In this document: positions 18,282 to 28,213 of the stretch, one piece after another
Position numbering within the stretch: position 1 is the first letter of the stretch
Layout of the letters: every line of letters begins with the position of its first letter
Assembly (NCBI GenBank): GCA_016935975.1
Contig: JAFGPX010000176.1
Span: 6,372 to 70,371, forward strand
DNA from: Deltaproteobacteria bacterium
GTDB taxonomy: Bacteria > Myxococcota_A > Polyangia > Fen-1088
Reading direction: 5' to 3'
DNA: 64,000 bases
Program-made: the position numbers and the translations under genes
Notes under the pieces: generated by a model
What the model saw: only the letters and a program-made list of their open reading frames with translations
The model's database searches: none
Told to the model about the DNA's origin: nothing

Positions 18282-21200
18282 TCACGGCCTCGTGACGGTC
18301 AGGCTGCCGGGCTCGCCGCGGGCGCGGACCGTGCGGTCGTACATCGACTCGGCGTGGATGGCCGGCACCACCACCTTGCCGCTGTTGGTGGCCTTGATCT
18401 TGTAAAGGAAGGTGCGCATCTCCTTTCCGACCGAGCCGTAGAGCACCACGCGATCCTCGCGCACGTCGACGTAGTCGAGCGGGAACGTGCTCCCCGGCAG
18501 GGCGATGGCGAGAATGCCGGGCACGCCGCCGCCCGCGGAAGGCTCGCCTTCGCCTTCCCCTTCGCCTTCCCCTTCGCCTTCCCCTGCGCCCGCCTGCTCC
18601 TCGCCTTCCTCGCTCGAAGGCTCGTGGCGAGGCGCCTCGTCCTCGGCGCTCTGGGCCTCGGTCCCGGCCTGCATGACCACCTCGAAGCCGGCGGGCAGCA
18701 GATCGAGGACGGCGACGTTGTAGAGATGGCGCTCCAAGGCGCGTACGCGGATGCGCACGCCGATCTCGCCGCCCAAGGAGATCTGGGCGGTGGGCTTGCC
18801 GTCCTCGCCCAGAAGCTCGCGCACGATCTCCAGCTTGTTGCGTAGGGCAAGCTTTTCCGGCTGGGTGTCGAAGCCGCTCTGGGCCAGCGCCCAGTAGCTG
18901 CCGAAGTCGCCGCGGCTGCCGAAGACGAGCTGCGTGGCCTCGGGAGAGAATGCGGCGTGCGGGAGAAGGCCGCCGGACAGGGCGAGCGGCTGCTTGCTGC
19001 CGTGGAGCACCTGATGGATCGTGCGCGTCGCGGCCCCGGGCTCGCCGGCGAGCGCGGCGAAGGCCTCCAGGGCCAGGATGCTCAAGGCCGACGAGAAGGT
19101 GTTGTAGGCGCCGCCCGCGATCGGGCCCACGATGCCGTCCAGCTCCTCCTTGCCGACCCTGGCCGCGCGCTTGGGGAAGTGGCGGGCCAGCAGCAGCAGC
19201 GCCTGCGCATCGTGGCCCAGGCTGTCGTAGTAGTGCGCGTAGTCGGAGGCGTGCTTGGCGCCCAGCTTGACGGCGGCCGCAATCTCGGCCGCCAGACCGT
19301 CCTGCCTGAGGATGGCGTAGGTGGCGGCGAGGTAGGCGCTGGCCAGATCCTCGCGCCAGGCTTTCCCGGCGTTGGCCGCGAGCCAGTGCTGCAAGGCCGC
19401 CGCGTGTCGTCCTACCTTCATGCCGTTGCGGGCCAACACGTACAGGGCGTGAGCGCGGACGCGCGCGTCGGCCAGGGCGTCGGGCGTGGCGCCGGCCAGA
19501 CCTTCCAGGTAGCGCATGCCGCTCTTCATCATCTCGGCGGGCACGGCATGGCCCCGCTCGCGCGCCTCGGTCAGAAGATGCAGGGCCCACACCGAGGGCA
19601 AGGTCGCGCTCTTCGGGTTGGCGGTCCACAGCCCGAAACCGCCTTCCTCGTTCTGCCGCGAGCGCAGCACATCGACGAGAGCGCCCACGCTGGTCTTGGC
19701 CTTGGCCTTGTCGAAGCCGAACTCGGGGCGCTGGCCCAGGGCCACCGCGGGCGCGGCCTGGCTGACGAGCTGCTCGGTGCAGGTGTGCGGGAAGCCGGCG
19801 AGGTAGGTGGCCAAGCCGTGCGCCAGCGACAGGGGGACGGGCGCGATGCCCGCGTCGAGGGTGCGATGCTCGGCGAAGAGCCGTCTTGCGATGGGCACGG
19901 TGGTGTTGCCGTTCTCGAGGTAGCCGGCCTGCAGGGTGGTCACGAAGGGCGACGCGGGCCGCACGCTCAAGTCCGTGGTCAGCTTGGCGTGCTTGTTGCC
20001 GAGCCGCGCCTCGAAGCGGAGGCTGGCGGAGCCCGGCTCGGGCCGGGCGCGCACGTGGAAGAGAGCGCTGCCTTCGCGCATCTCGGCGATGGGCAGCTCG
20101 ACCGCGCGCGGGCCGAGAATCTCCAGGTGCTTCGATACGCTCAGGCTGAGCTTCGGCCTAGCGTTCTTGCCCGAGCCCACGACGTTGTTGGCCAGGGCGA
20201 CCGAGACGTCGATTTCGTCGCCGGGCGCGGCGAAGGTCGGGGCATTCGGATTGATGACGAAGTCGCCGCGCACCAGGGTCTGCTTGTCGAAGGCGCCCAT
20301 GGCCAGGTCGGAGCTGCCCACGGCCATCACGCGCAGGGTGCCGTTGAAGCTGTCCGGCACTTCGTAGACCAGCTCGGTGGCCTGCGGGCCGACGTCGACG
20401 ATGCCGGACCAGAACACCACGGGCTTGTCGCGCCGGCGGCGGAAGGGATTGAGGTTCGCGCCGATGGCGGCGTCCTGGCCGTCGCCGCCGGGCGCGGCGG
20501 CCTCGTGCAGCTTGGCCAGCTCGGGCAGGATCAAGTCGAGTATCTGCGAGGTGCGAACGCCCAAGCTGCGCTTCTGCAGAAAGTGATCCAGGGGATCCGG
20601 GGTGCGGTACTTGGCCACGCGCAGGATGCCTTCATCGACGGCGAAGACCACGGCCCGCCCCTTGCGATTCGCGGTGACCTGCAGAACCAGCGGCTCGCCC
20701 GGCCGGACGAGGTCCTCCGTCGCGACCTTGATGTCCAGGGCGCGTTTGCCGCGGCTGAGCGAGAACGGCGCGACCGCGTAGCTCAGGGGACTCATGAACA
20801 CCTCGTCGGAGGAGGCGTCGCGCACGAACGACACCGAGACGTAGCCGCCGCCCTCCAGCTCGGCGGGCACCCGGATCTTCTGCACGCTGGCGGTTTCGCC
20901 GGTGTGGAACCACTTCCACGCATAGACCTTGTCGCGCTCGATGGTGATCAGGCCATGGCCCGCGTACGGCGCCTTGATCTGCATCTCGATCTCGTCGCCC
21001 GCGCTCACGTCGCCGGCCCGCAGCGCGAGCTGCAGCTCGGCGTTCTTCTCCAGCGAGCGGGCCAGGTTGCCGAAGCCGGCCACCACGAAGTCGATCTCTT
21101 GCACGGTTTCGCCGGGCGCGGTTTGCAGGGCCAGCGTGAACTCGCCGGGCTTGTCGCTGGGCAGCCGGGTGCGCGCGCCCGCCGCCGGGATGGCGAAGGG

Positions 21201-24149
21201 CTTGCGCGAAAGCTCGACGTCCTTGCGCACCGACTGGTAGCGGAAGGTGCCGTTCTCCAGGCGCACCAGCGAGGAGACGTAGCGGCGTTCGGAAACCACG
21301 AGCTGCAACTTGCCCACCGGGATCTTGTCGCCCTGGGGGCCGACGGCGACCAGCGTGACCGTGCGCTCGGCGTCCTTGTTGACGTACCGCAGATCGCCGT
21401 CGGTCTTGTAGCCGACCAGCCACGGCCGTGGCGACACCACGGCGCTGGCCTGGGAGGTCACGGAGCGGCCGCCCTCGAGCTCGAAACCCTCGGTGACGAG
21501 GGTCAGACGGTACGTGGCGCTGGCGAAGCGCTCGAGACCGAGCGGGATCTCGGCTTCGCCTCGGTCGTCGGTCTTGGCGTCGGGCAGATCCTGCTCGCTT
21601 GCATCGATGGGCTTCTGCGGGTTGTAGAAATGGAAGCCGCGCAGCTTGGGCAGCGCGGGCATGCCGGGCCTGAGCACCAGCTTGGCGCGGACGCGACGGC
21701 CGGCCGCGGGCGTGCCGAAGAGGTTGGCCAGGACCACGCGGCCTTTCAGATCCTTGGGCGCCACCCAGCCCGCGGGATTCTCGACGGAGAACTTGCTCTG
21801 GATGGTCATGCGGTCGGGGAGGAACTCGCGCACGGTGACCGCGGTGCTGCCGATCTGGCCCTCGGCCTCGTCGTCCTTCACGGTGTACAGCGACACCGTG
21901 TAGTTGCCGGTCGGTGCCTCGGCGCGCGTACGATAGGAGAACTCCTCGAAGGCGGCTTCTCCGAGCTTGAAGCGCTGGCGCTTGACCTCCATGCCGCGCG
22001 CGTCGTTGATGACCAGCTCGAGCGGCAAGCCCACGATGTTCTGCGAGAGGTCGCGACTGCGCACCAAGGCGCCGATGTGCATCTCGTCCCCCGGACGGTA
22101 GAGGCCCCGCTCCGAGAAGAGATAGGCCGACAAGCCCTGGTTGCGCTCGGACTCGCTCACGCCGCCCACGTCGAAGCGACTCATGTCGAGCATGCGATCG
22201 TGACGGCCGTAGGGCAAGAAGGACGAGTCGCGCCCCGCGGTCACTAGGAACAGAACCGGTGTCTTCTCCTGGCGCAGCTCGCGAAGCGACGGCAGGCGTG
22301 CGTGTCCCTCGGCGTCGGTGGCGGCCTCGAGCACCGGCTGGCCGTTGCGGCCGATCACTTGCACGCGGGCGCCGGTCACCGGCCTGCCGCTTTGGATCGA
22401 CTGCACGAACAGGTCGTGCGAGCCGTCGGCCGCCTCCTTGGCCAGAACGCCGAGATCCGAAACCATGAGCAGGCGGAAGTCGCGCTCGCCCAGGGTCTGC
22501 TTGCTCTCGGGATTCCAGCTCTCCACCTTGACGAGGAACAGCCCGCGCCGCTCGCCGCCGCTGCGATCCAGGTACTTGGCGAGATCCAGGATCTCGTAGA
22601 CCGGCTTGCCGGGCGGCGCGCTCAGCGACCGCGTCTCCACCTCGATCTCCGACAAGTGCTCGGCCGAGACCGGGTAGTGCAGGCTCGGCCGGGAAACCGT
22701 GCCGTTGTTGAACGAGAAGACGTGGTGGATCTGGTCGGGCAAGACGCGCGCGATCTCGCAGCGCAGGCCGGGCACGTCGCGCACGAACACGGACACCTGG
22801 CGCCGCCCGCTCAAGGCCAGAAGCGAACCGTTGTGCAGGAGCTTGACCTGCCGGGGGAAGGCCGGCACCTCCAGGATCGACTGATGGTCTTCGCCCAAGA
22901 TGTAGCCGCCGAAGGCCTGCACGCCCTTCTTCACGCGCACGTAGACGAAGCGGCCGGGATCGGCCTGGAAGCGGAAGCTGTGGTTGGCGGAGTATTCCTT
23001 GTCGGCCGGGATCTGCGTCGTGGCCAGGCGCTTGCCTTTGGCCAGCACCTCGCGGTCCACGCTCTCGGGGTCGCTCCAGCGATAGGGGCCCCGGCGCTTG
23101 CTGTCGTCGTGGGGGTTGCTGGTGGGAAGCAACCACACCTCGGTCGCCTTTGCGATCTGCTTCTCGGTGGCGCCGGCCGAGAGTTGCAGGGCCAGGATCT
23201 GCTCGGGCTCGAGGCGCGGGTTGTCGACGATCTCGATGCGCGCGGAGGTGACGCGGAAGAAATTGTACAGGCCCGGCACCCGTACCTTCTTCTCGATGGG
23301 CTCCGCGAAAGCGGGCCCGCCGCGGGCGGCCCGGCTGCCCGGTTCGAGGCGCAGCTTCACGACGGCGTCTTTCCGGGGCAGGGCGAAGGGTGCCGAGTGC
23401 ACGAAGGCGCGGGCCTTCCACTTGTCGTAGGTGACATGCGCCTCGAGGTCGAAGCTGCGCTCTTCTTTGTTCGTCGGCTCGAAGCGCAGCTTGATGCTCT
23501 TCTCGAACGAAGGCGCGTCCACCGGGTGCGTGAAGCTCCATTCGGAGACCACCTTCTTGAGATTGGGATCCACGGGGTCCTGATAGAACTCGGCCTCGCG
23601 CAGATGCACGGCGAAGGCGGCGGTCGCGAATTCGAAGTCGTACTTCTCGAGCTTGATGTGCGCAGCCACGAGGCCCTTGCGCTCGAAACGAACCTGGACC
23701 TTCCGGCCCACCGGCCAGTCGTCGCGCGGCCGCAGCTCCAGCTCGCGATCCGAAACCCACTTCCACGTCCCGTCGATCTTGGGATCGACGCGGATGCCCT
23801 TCCTGACGACCGTGCCCACGGCACGGAGCGGCGCTACCGAGGCGGCGAACCTGACCGACAGCGGTCGCGGCGCGGTCTTCTCTCCGATGGGCGTCGGCCC
23901 GGGCTCGGTCACGTGCATGGCCACCGTCGCGGGCTTGGGCCGCGCCTGCCACCAACGCCAGCCGTAGCCCGCGCCCGCGCTCGCCACGCCCAGGCCGGCG
24001 AGCAGCAGCGCGGTCTTCGCCTTGTGCGCCCAGGCCCAAGCGCCGCCGCGACTGCCCTGGCGCCCCAGCCAGCGCAGCCATGGCGGCGGCTCCCAGCGGC
24101 CGAACGCGGCGAGCAGAACACGGGTCAAGAAAGCAAGGAAACGCGCCAT
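18282..24149 (-). CDS. yfhM: Bacterial alpha-2-macroglobulin (thioester-containing, YfhM/ECAM-like), N-terminally membrane-anchored
   Basis: The ORF is 1955 aa. The thioester motif GFPHTCTEQLVSQ has its CTEQ codons at 19770-19781. Size and gene order with pbpC match the known family. The N-terminus has a TM-like helix (TALLLAGLGVASAGAGYGW) rather than a lipobox. Confidence 0.92.
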   Translation of the reverse strand: MARFLAFLTRVLLAAFGRWEPPPWLRWLGRQGSRGGAWAWAHKAKTALLLAGLGVASAGAGYGWRWWQARPKPATVAMHVTEPGPTPIGEKTAPRPLSVRFAASVAPLRAVGTVVRKGIRVDPKIDGTWKWVSDRELELRPRDDWPVGRKVQVRFERKGLVAAHIKLEKYDFEFATAAFAVHLREAEFYQDPVDPNLKKVVSEWSFTHPVDAPSFEKSIKLRFEPTNKEERSFDLEAHVTYDKWKARAFVHSAPFALPRKDAVVKLRLEPGSRAARGGPAFAEPIEKKVRVPGLYNFFRVTSARIEIVDNPRLEPEQILALQLSAGATEKQIAKATEVWLLPTSNPHDDSKRRGPYRWSDPESVDREVLAKGKRLATTQIPADKEYSANHSFRFQADPGRFVYVRVKKGVQAFGGYILGEDHQSILEVPAFPRQVKLLHNGSLLALSGRRQVSVFVRDVPGLRCEIARVLPDQIHHVFSFNNGTVSRPSLHYPVSAEHLSEIEVETRSLSAPPGKPVYEILDLAKYLDRSGGERRGLFLVKVESWNPESKQTLGERDFRLLMVSDLGVLAKEAADGSHDLFVQSIQSGRPVTGARVQVIGRNGQPVLEAATDAEGHARLPSLRELRQEKTPVLFLVTAGRDSSFLPYGRHDRMLDMSRFDVGGVSESERNQGLSAYLFSERGLYRPGDEMHIGALVRSRDLSQNIVGLPLELVINDARGMEVKRQRFKLGEAAFEEFSYRTRAEAPTGNYTVSLYTVKDDEAEGQIGSTAVTVREFLPDRMTIQSKFSVENPAGWVAPKDLKGRVVLANLFGTPAAGRRVRAKLVLRPGMPALPKLRGFHFYNPQKPIDASEQDLPDAKTDDRGEAEIPLGLERFASATYRLTLVTEGFELEGGRSVTSQASAVVSPRPWLVGYKTDGDLRYVNKDAERTVTLVAVGPQGDKIPVGKLQLVVSERRYVSSLVRLENGTFRYQSVRKDVELSRKPFAIPAAGARTRLPSDKPGEFTLALQTAPGETVQEIDFVVAGFGNLARSLEKNAELQLALRAGDVSAGDEIEMQIKAPYAGHGLITIERDKVYAWKWFHTGETASVQKIRVPAELEGGGYVSVSFVRDASSDEVFMSPLSYAVAPFSLSRGKRALDIKVATEDLVRPGEPLVLQVTANRKGRAVVFAVDEGILRVAKYRTPDPLDHFLQKRSLGVRTSQILDLILPELAKLHEAAAPGGDGQDAAIGANLNPFRRRRDKPVVFWSGIVDVGPQATELVYEVPDSFNGTLRVMAVGSSDLAMGAFDKQTLVRGDFVINPNAPTFAAPGDEIDVSVALANNVVGSGKNARPKLSLSVSKHLEILGPRAVELPIAEMREGSALFHVRARPEPGSASLRFEARLGNKHAKLTTDLSVRPASPFVTTLQAGYLENGNTTVPIARRLFAEHRTLDAGIAPVPLSLAHGLATYLAGFPHTCTEQLVSQAAPAVALGQRPEFGFDKAKAKTSVGALVDVLRSRQNEEGGFGLWTANPKSATLPSVWALHLLTEARERGHAVPAEMMKSGMRYLEGLAGATPDALADARVRAHALYVLARNGMKVGRHAAALQHWLAANAGKAWREDLASAYLAATYAILRQDGLAAEIAAAVKLGAKHASDYAHYYDSLGHDAQALLLLARHFPKRAARVGKEELDGIVGPIAGGAYNTFSSALSILALEAFAALAGEPGAATRTIHQVLHGSKQPLALSGGLLPHAAFSPEATQLVFGSRGDFGSYWALAQSGFDTQPEKLALRNKLEIVRELLGEDGKPTAQISLGGEIGVRIRVRALERHLYNVAVLDLLPAGFEVVMQAGTEAQSAEDEAPRHEPSSEEGEEQAGAGEGEGEGEGEGEGEPSAGGGVPGILAIALPGSTFPLDYVDVREDRVVLYGSVGKEMRTFLYKIKATNSGKVVVPAIHAESMYDRTVRARGEPGSLTVTRP

Positions 24150-24211
24150 GAGAGCCTCCTGGGGCGGAGTCTAGAGCAACGCGCATCTGGGCAGGCGGAC
24201 GATTTCCGGAG

Positions 24212-24414
24212 GGTTCACCACAGAGGACACGGAGGACACGGAGCCGGAAGGGGATGGGTTCGGATCTTGGGGCGCGCGCCGATGGGGGAAGCGCGAGGGC
24301 GGGACGAGGTTTCAGCTCGGAGGCCGGACGAAAGGAGGTCTCCCGGATCCAGATCCGGAACCCTTCCTCCTCCGTTCCGGCTCTGTGTTCTCCGTGTCCT
24401 CTGTGGTGAACTTC
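24212..24414. repeat. Palindromic intergenic repeat, copy B (with ~80 bp central insertion)
   Basis: The left arm is GGTTCACCACAGAGGACACGGAGGACACGGAGCCGGAAGGGGATGGGTTCGGATCT. The right arm is GGATCCAGATCCGGAACCCTTCCTCCTCCGTTCCGGCTCTGTGTTCTCCGTGTCCTCTGTGGTGAAC. The element lies between the tatD-family stop and the A2M start. Confidence 0.8.
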
Positions 24415-24445
24415 TTCGGCCCGCGCGCTGCTTCTGGCCCCGCCC

Positions 24446-25249
<804 letters not shown>

Positions 25250-25279
25250 GGGCGGGCGCCAAGCTACCGCGGATCGGGC

Positions 25280-26749
25280 CTAGTCGGCTATTTCGATCCG
25301 ACGTGGGACCTTGTAGGGCGCCAGTCGCCGCGCGCAGTGGTCGAGCATGGCGTTCGCCTTGCAGCGGCCGCTCGGCGTGATGCGCACCACGATCTGCGTG
25401 GAGCCGCTGTCGTCGTACTCGACCAGGGCCTGCGCGGCCTTGACCTCGGAGCGGCTCTCGAGACAGCTCTCGATTTCGCCCAGGGCGACGCGCTTGCGGT
25501 CGACGCTGACGAGATCGTCCTCGCGGTGGCTGAGGTGGAGCCGCCCGTCGGCGTCGAAGCGGCCCACGTCGCCGGTGCGCAGCCAGCCGTCGAGGCGCCC
25601 GCGGCCCACGGCGATCTGTCCGCGGCGCGCGGGCAGGGCGGGCAGGAACCGCGACGCCACGCCCGGGCCGCGCGCCCAGACGGGCCCCGTCGAGCCGTCC
25701 GGCAGCGGTGCGCCCGCGGCGCTGGCGACGCGTATCTCGACGCCGGGCAGCGGCTTGCCCACGCTGTCCGGCGAGCTGCCTTCGAGATCGATGGCCGCCG
25801 GCCCGGTTTCGCAGCTCTGATAGCACGAAAGCGCCGGCACCCCGAAGCGACGCAGGAAGGCCCGGGCTATGGCTTCGGGCAAGGGTACGCCGGAACACAG
25901 CAGGCGCGCGCTCGGCCGGGCGATGGGCTTGGCGTGCGTGATTCGCGACAGGGCCGCGAACTCGCGCGGGGTGGCCGCGTACAGCGCGATGGTCTGGTCG
26001 ACGAGGATCTTCGCCAGCCGCGGCCCGGCGGTGCCGTCGTCGAGGAAGAGCGTGGCGCCGTGGGCCAGGGCGGCCAGGAATCCCAGATCGAAACCCTGGC
26101 AGTCGAAGAGCGGGGCGGCGGCGAGGACGTTTTCGCCGGGCCCGAGACCCAGGGCCGCGCCGAGGGTGGCCGCGATGCCGCGCAGGTTGGCCGCGTCGCG
26201 CACCACCACCTTGGGATCGCCGCCCGCGTCCAGGGTGACCAGGGCGACGAGCGCCGGGACGCCGTGCTCCGTGGCCGGCGGGGTCCACGGGTAGAGCGAG
26301 CAAGTGAGCAGAGTTCCCGAGATGCGATGGCGGCTCTCGGCCGCGATGCGAGGTTGCGGGGCCTGGCCGGCCATGCGCAGGGCTCCCGACGGAGCGGCCA
26401 AGGGATCGACGGCGTTCGGCCGCGTCACGATGGCGCGCAGGGGCACCGCCTCCAGGGTCATGTCCAAATCGCGGCTGCCCGTCGTGGGATCGATGGGTAC
26501 GACCACGGCGCCGAGCTTGGCAAGCGCGAGCGTCAGCACGATGAACTCGGGATCGTTGCCGAGCATGAGGCCGACCCAATCGTTGCCTTGGATTCCCATG
26601 CCCACGAGCTCGCGCGCTCGTCGCTCCACTCGGTGCAGCAGCCCGCGCCAGGACAAATAGGTGTCGTGGTAGACAATGGCGTGCCCTGACCCGCCGGCCG
26701 CGGTACGACCTTGCACCGCAGCTTCCAACCACTCGTAGAGCAGCGACAT
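25280..26749 (-). CDS. Adenylate-forming (AMP-dependent synthetase/ligase) family protein, atypical motifs
   Basis: The A7/A8 region is recognisable (WLRTGDVGRFDADGRLHLSHREDDLVSVDRKRVALGEIE) and the C-terminus has APYKVPRRIEI. The phosphate-loop equivalent is degenerate (TLDAGGDPKVV instead of TSGTTGxPKGV). The ORF stops before the usual A10 GK motif. Confidence 0.7.
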   Translation of the reverse strand: MSLLYEWLEAAVQGRTAAGGSGHAIVYHDTYLSWRGLLHRVERRARELVGMGIQGNDWVGLMLGNDPEFIVLTLALAKLGAVVVPIDPTTGSRDLDMTLEAVPLRAIVTRPNAVDPLAAPSGALRMAGQAPQPRIAAESRHRISGTLLTCSLYPWTPPATEHGVPALVALVTLDAGGDPKVVVRDAANLRGIAATLGAALGLGPGENVLAAAPLFDCQGFDLGFLAALAHGATLFLDDGTAGPRLAKILVDQTIALYAATPREFAALSRITHAKPIARPSARLLCSGVPLPEAIARAFLRRFGVPALSCYQSCETGPAAIDLEGSSPDSVGKPLPGVEIRVASAAGAPLPDGSTGPVWARGPGVASRFLPALPARRGQIAVGRGRLDGWLRTGDVGRFDADGRLHLSHREDDLVSVDRKRVALGEIESCLESRSEVKAAQALVEYDDSGSTQIVVRITPSGRCKANAMLDHCARRLAPYKVPRRIEIAD

Positions 26750-26818
26750 GAGATCCTTTGCTACTTCGCGGGACGTAGCATTGTAACAGCCCGGCGAGGG
26801 AATGGGCGCGGGAATTCC

Positions 26819-28084
26819 CTACCGATGCGCCAACAAGCGCCCGGGTTTGGCGCCATCCTCGGGGGCAAGATACTCGGCCAGGAATCGGCGAGCCACGGCG
26901 TGCGCCTTGATCGGCAGGGTGGTCGACTTGCCGAGCAGGACCGCGAAGGCGATCGTGGGGTTTTCGACCGGCGCGAAGCCGACGAACCAGCTATACGCGA
27001 TGCGGCCGTCTTCGGGCGAGAGCTGGTCGCTCGGCAAGACGGGATCCTGCGGACGGCCGCGATGGAAGAGAGTGCCGGTCTTGCCCGCGACCTCGACCGG
27101 CAGATAGGGACGGCCCTTGGCATCGCGGAAGCTCTTGCGCGCGGTCCCCATGGTGGTCGTCAGGTGCATCATGGCTCCGACCTTCTCGGCCACCGCGGGG
27201 TCGAGGACCCGGCGCGCCGGCCGCCCGGGCAGCGCGATCGCCCTGCCTTGCGCGTCGAGCGCCTTGTCGACGATGTGTGCCGCGGGCATGATCCCGCGGT
27301 TGGCCACGGTGGCGGCCAGCAGGGCGCCGTGCAGGGGGGACAGAGAGCTGTGCCAGAAGCCCGCAGCGGCGCGCGCGAACTCCAGCGGGTCGCGAGGGAT
27401 GTCCGCTTCGGAAGGGTCCATCTCGGCGTCGAAACCGAGGTCCTGACCGAAACCGAAGGCGGACGCGATGTGCTCGAGCTGCTCGGGCCGCAGGTGGCGA
27501 ACGGTCAGCTTGGCGATGATGGCGTTTTGCGATCTGCCGATGCCGTAGGCCAGGTCGGCGCACGAGCGGTCTTTTCTGCGTCGGTCGACGAGGTTGTCGC
27601 GCCGGATCGCGGAAATGCCGCCGTGGTAGCAGACGCGGGTCGCCGGTTCGAGTCGTCCTTCCTGCAGAAGCGCCGAAGCGGCCACCACCTTGAACACCGA
27701 GGCCGCCGGGGCCCACGGTCGTAGGGCCAGAGCGGCTGCGTCGAGCGACGGGTCGGTTTTGGAATGGCCGGCCAGGGCCAGGACTCTGCCGTCCGGGATG
27801 CCAACCACGGCGGCCGCGGCGAAGGGCAGGTGGTGCGAAGCCAGCGCTTCTTCCACGGACTTCTGCAGGACCGGGTCGAGCGTGAGCTGGGCAAGCCCGC
27901 CGCCGTACAGAGAAGCCGTGTATCGGGAACCGCGCAGGCTCGTCGTTTCGAGGTCCACCAGGGGTCTCGCGTCGCCCGCCATGGGGTCCTCCTGGGCATG
28001 GGCCAGGGAGGGCGTCGTCGAGCCCAGGAGCGCCGTCGAGCAGAGCCAGAAAAACCGAGGAACGGCGCGAACGGCGGACCACAT
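26819..28084 (-). CDS. Penicillin-binding-protein transpeptidase-domain protein (paralog 2)
   Basis: The ATG at 28084 gives the signal peptide MWSAVRAVPRFFWLCSTALLGSTTPSLAHA. PBP motifs: SxxK (AASVFK), SxN (GRSQNA), KTG (AGKTGT). Long near-identical blocks match 13262..14617, e.g. LEFARAAAGFWHSSLSPLHGALLAATVAN. The rest of ORF 26819..29146 is read-through. Confidence 0.85.
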   Translation of the reverse strand: MWSAVRAVPRFFWLCSTALLGSTTPSLAHAQEDPMAGDARPLVDLETTSLRGSRYTASLYGGGLAQLTLDPVLQKSVEEALASHHLPFAAAAVVGIPDGRVLALAGHSKTDPSLDAAALALRPWAPAASVFKVVAASALLQEGRLEPATRVCYHGGISAIRRDNLVDRRRKDRSCADLAYGIGRSQNAIIAKLTVRHLRPEQLEHIASAFGFGQDLGFDAEMDPSEADIPRDPLEFARAAAGFWHSSLSPLHGALLAATVANRGIMPAAHIVDKALDAQGRAIALPGRPARRVLDPAVAEKVGAMMHLTTTMGTARKSFRDAKGRPYLPVEVAGKTGTLFHRGRPQDPVLPSDQLSPEDGRIAYSWFVGFAPVENPTIAFAVLLGKSTTLPIKAHAVARRFLAEYLAPEDGAKPGRLLAHR

Positions 28085-28213
28085 GTCTACAAAGTCATAC
28101 ATGTAGGTGCATGTGTCAAATAATGCTCCGCCTTTACGCCGGAGAGGTCCTGCCCTAACCTGGAAAAACCCTTGCCACGCACACCCCCCCGACGCGACGA
28201 CGTCACGCCCGAC

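Noticed and set aside
18535-18600. Short perfect tandem repeats that could superficially look like a CRISPR or minisatellite array.
   Set aside because: The unit is only 6-12 nt with no spacers, and it lies inside the A2M coding frame, where it encodes (GE)n. No repeat-spacer architecture exists anywhere in the window.
24268-24344. Strong SD-like AAAGGAGGT inside the central insertion of repeat copy B, as a possible start of a micro-ORF.
   Set aside because: No ATG, GTG or TTG start lies at a suitable distance downstream, and the following sequence is the repeat's right arm.
28085-28171. AT-richer divergent spacer with three ACATGT/GCATGT motifs and a CTACA...TGTAG inverted repeat, as a possible operator.
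   Set aside because: The repeats are short (5-6 nt) and imperfect. There is no second occurrence in the window to support a motif. It is noted as the likely divergent promoter region only.
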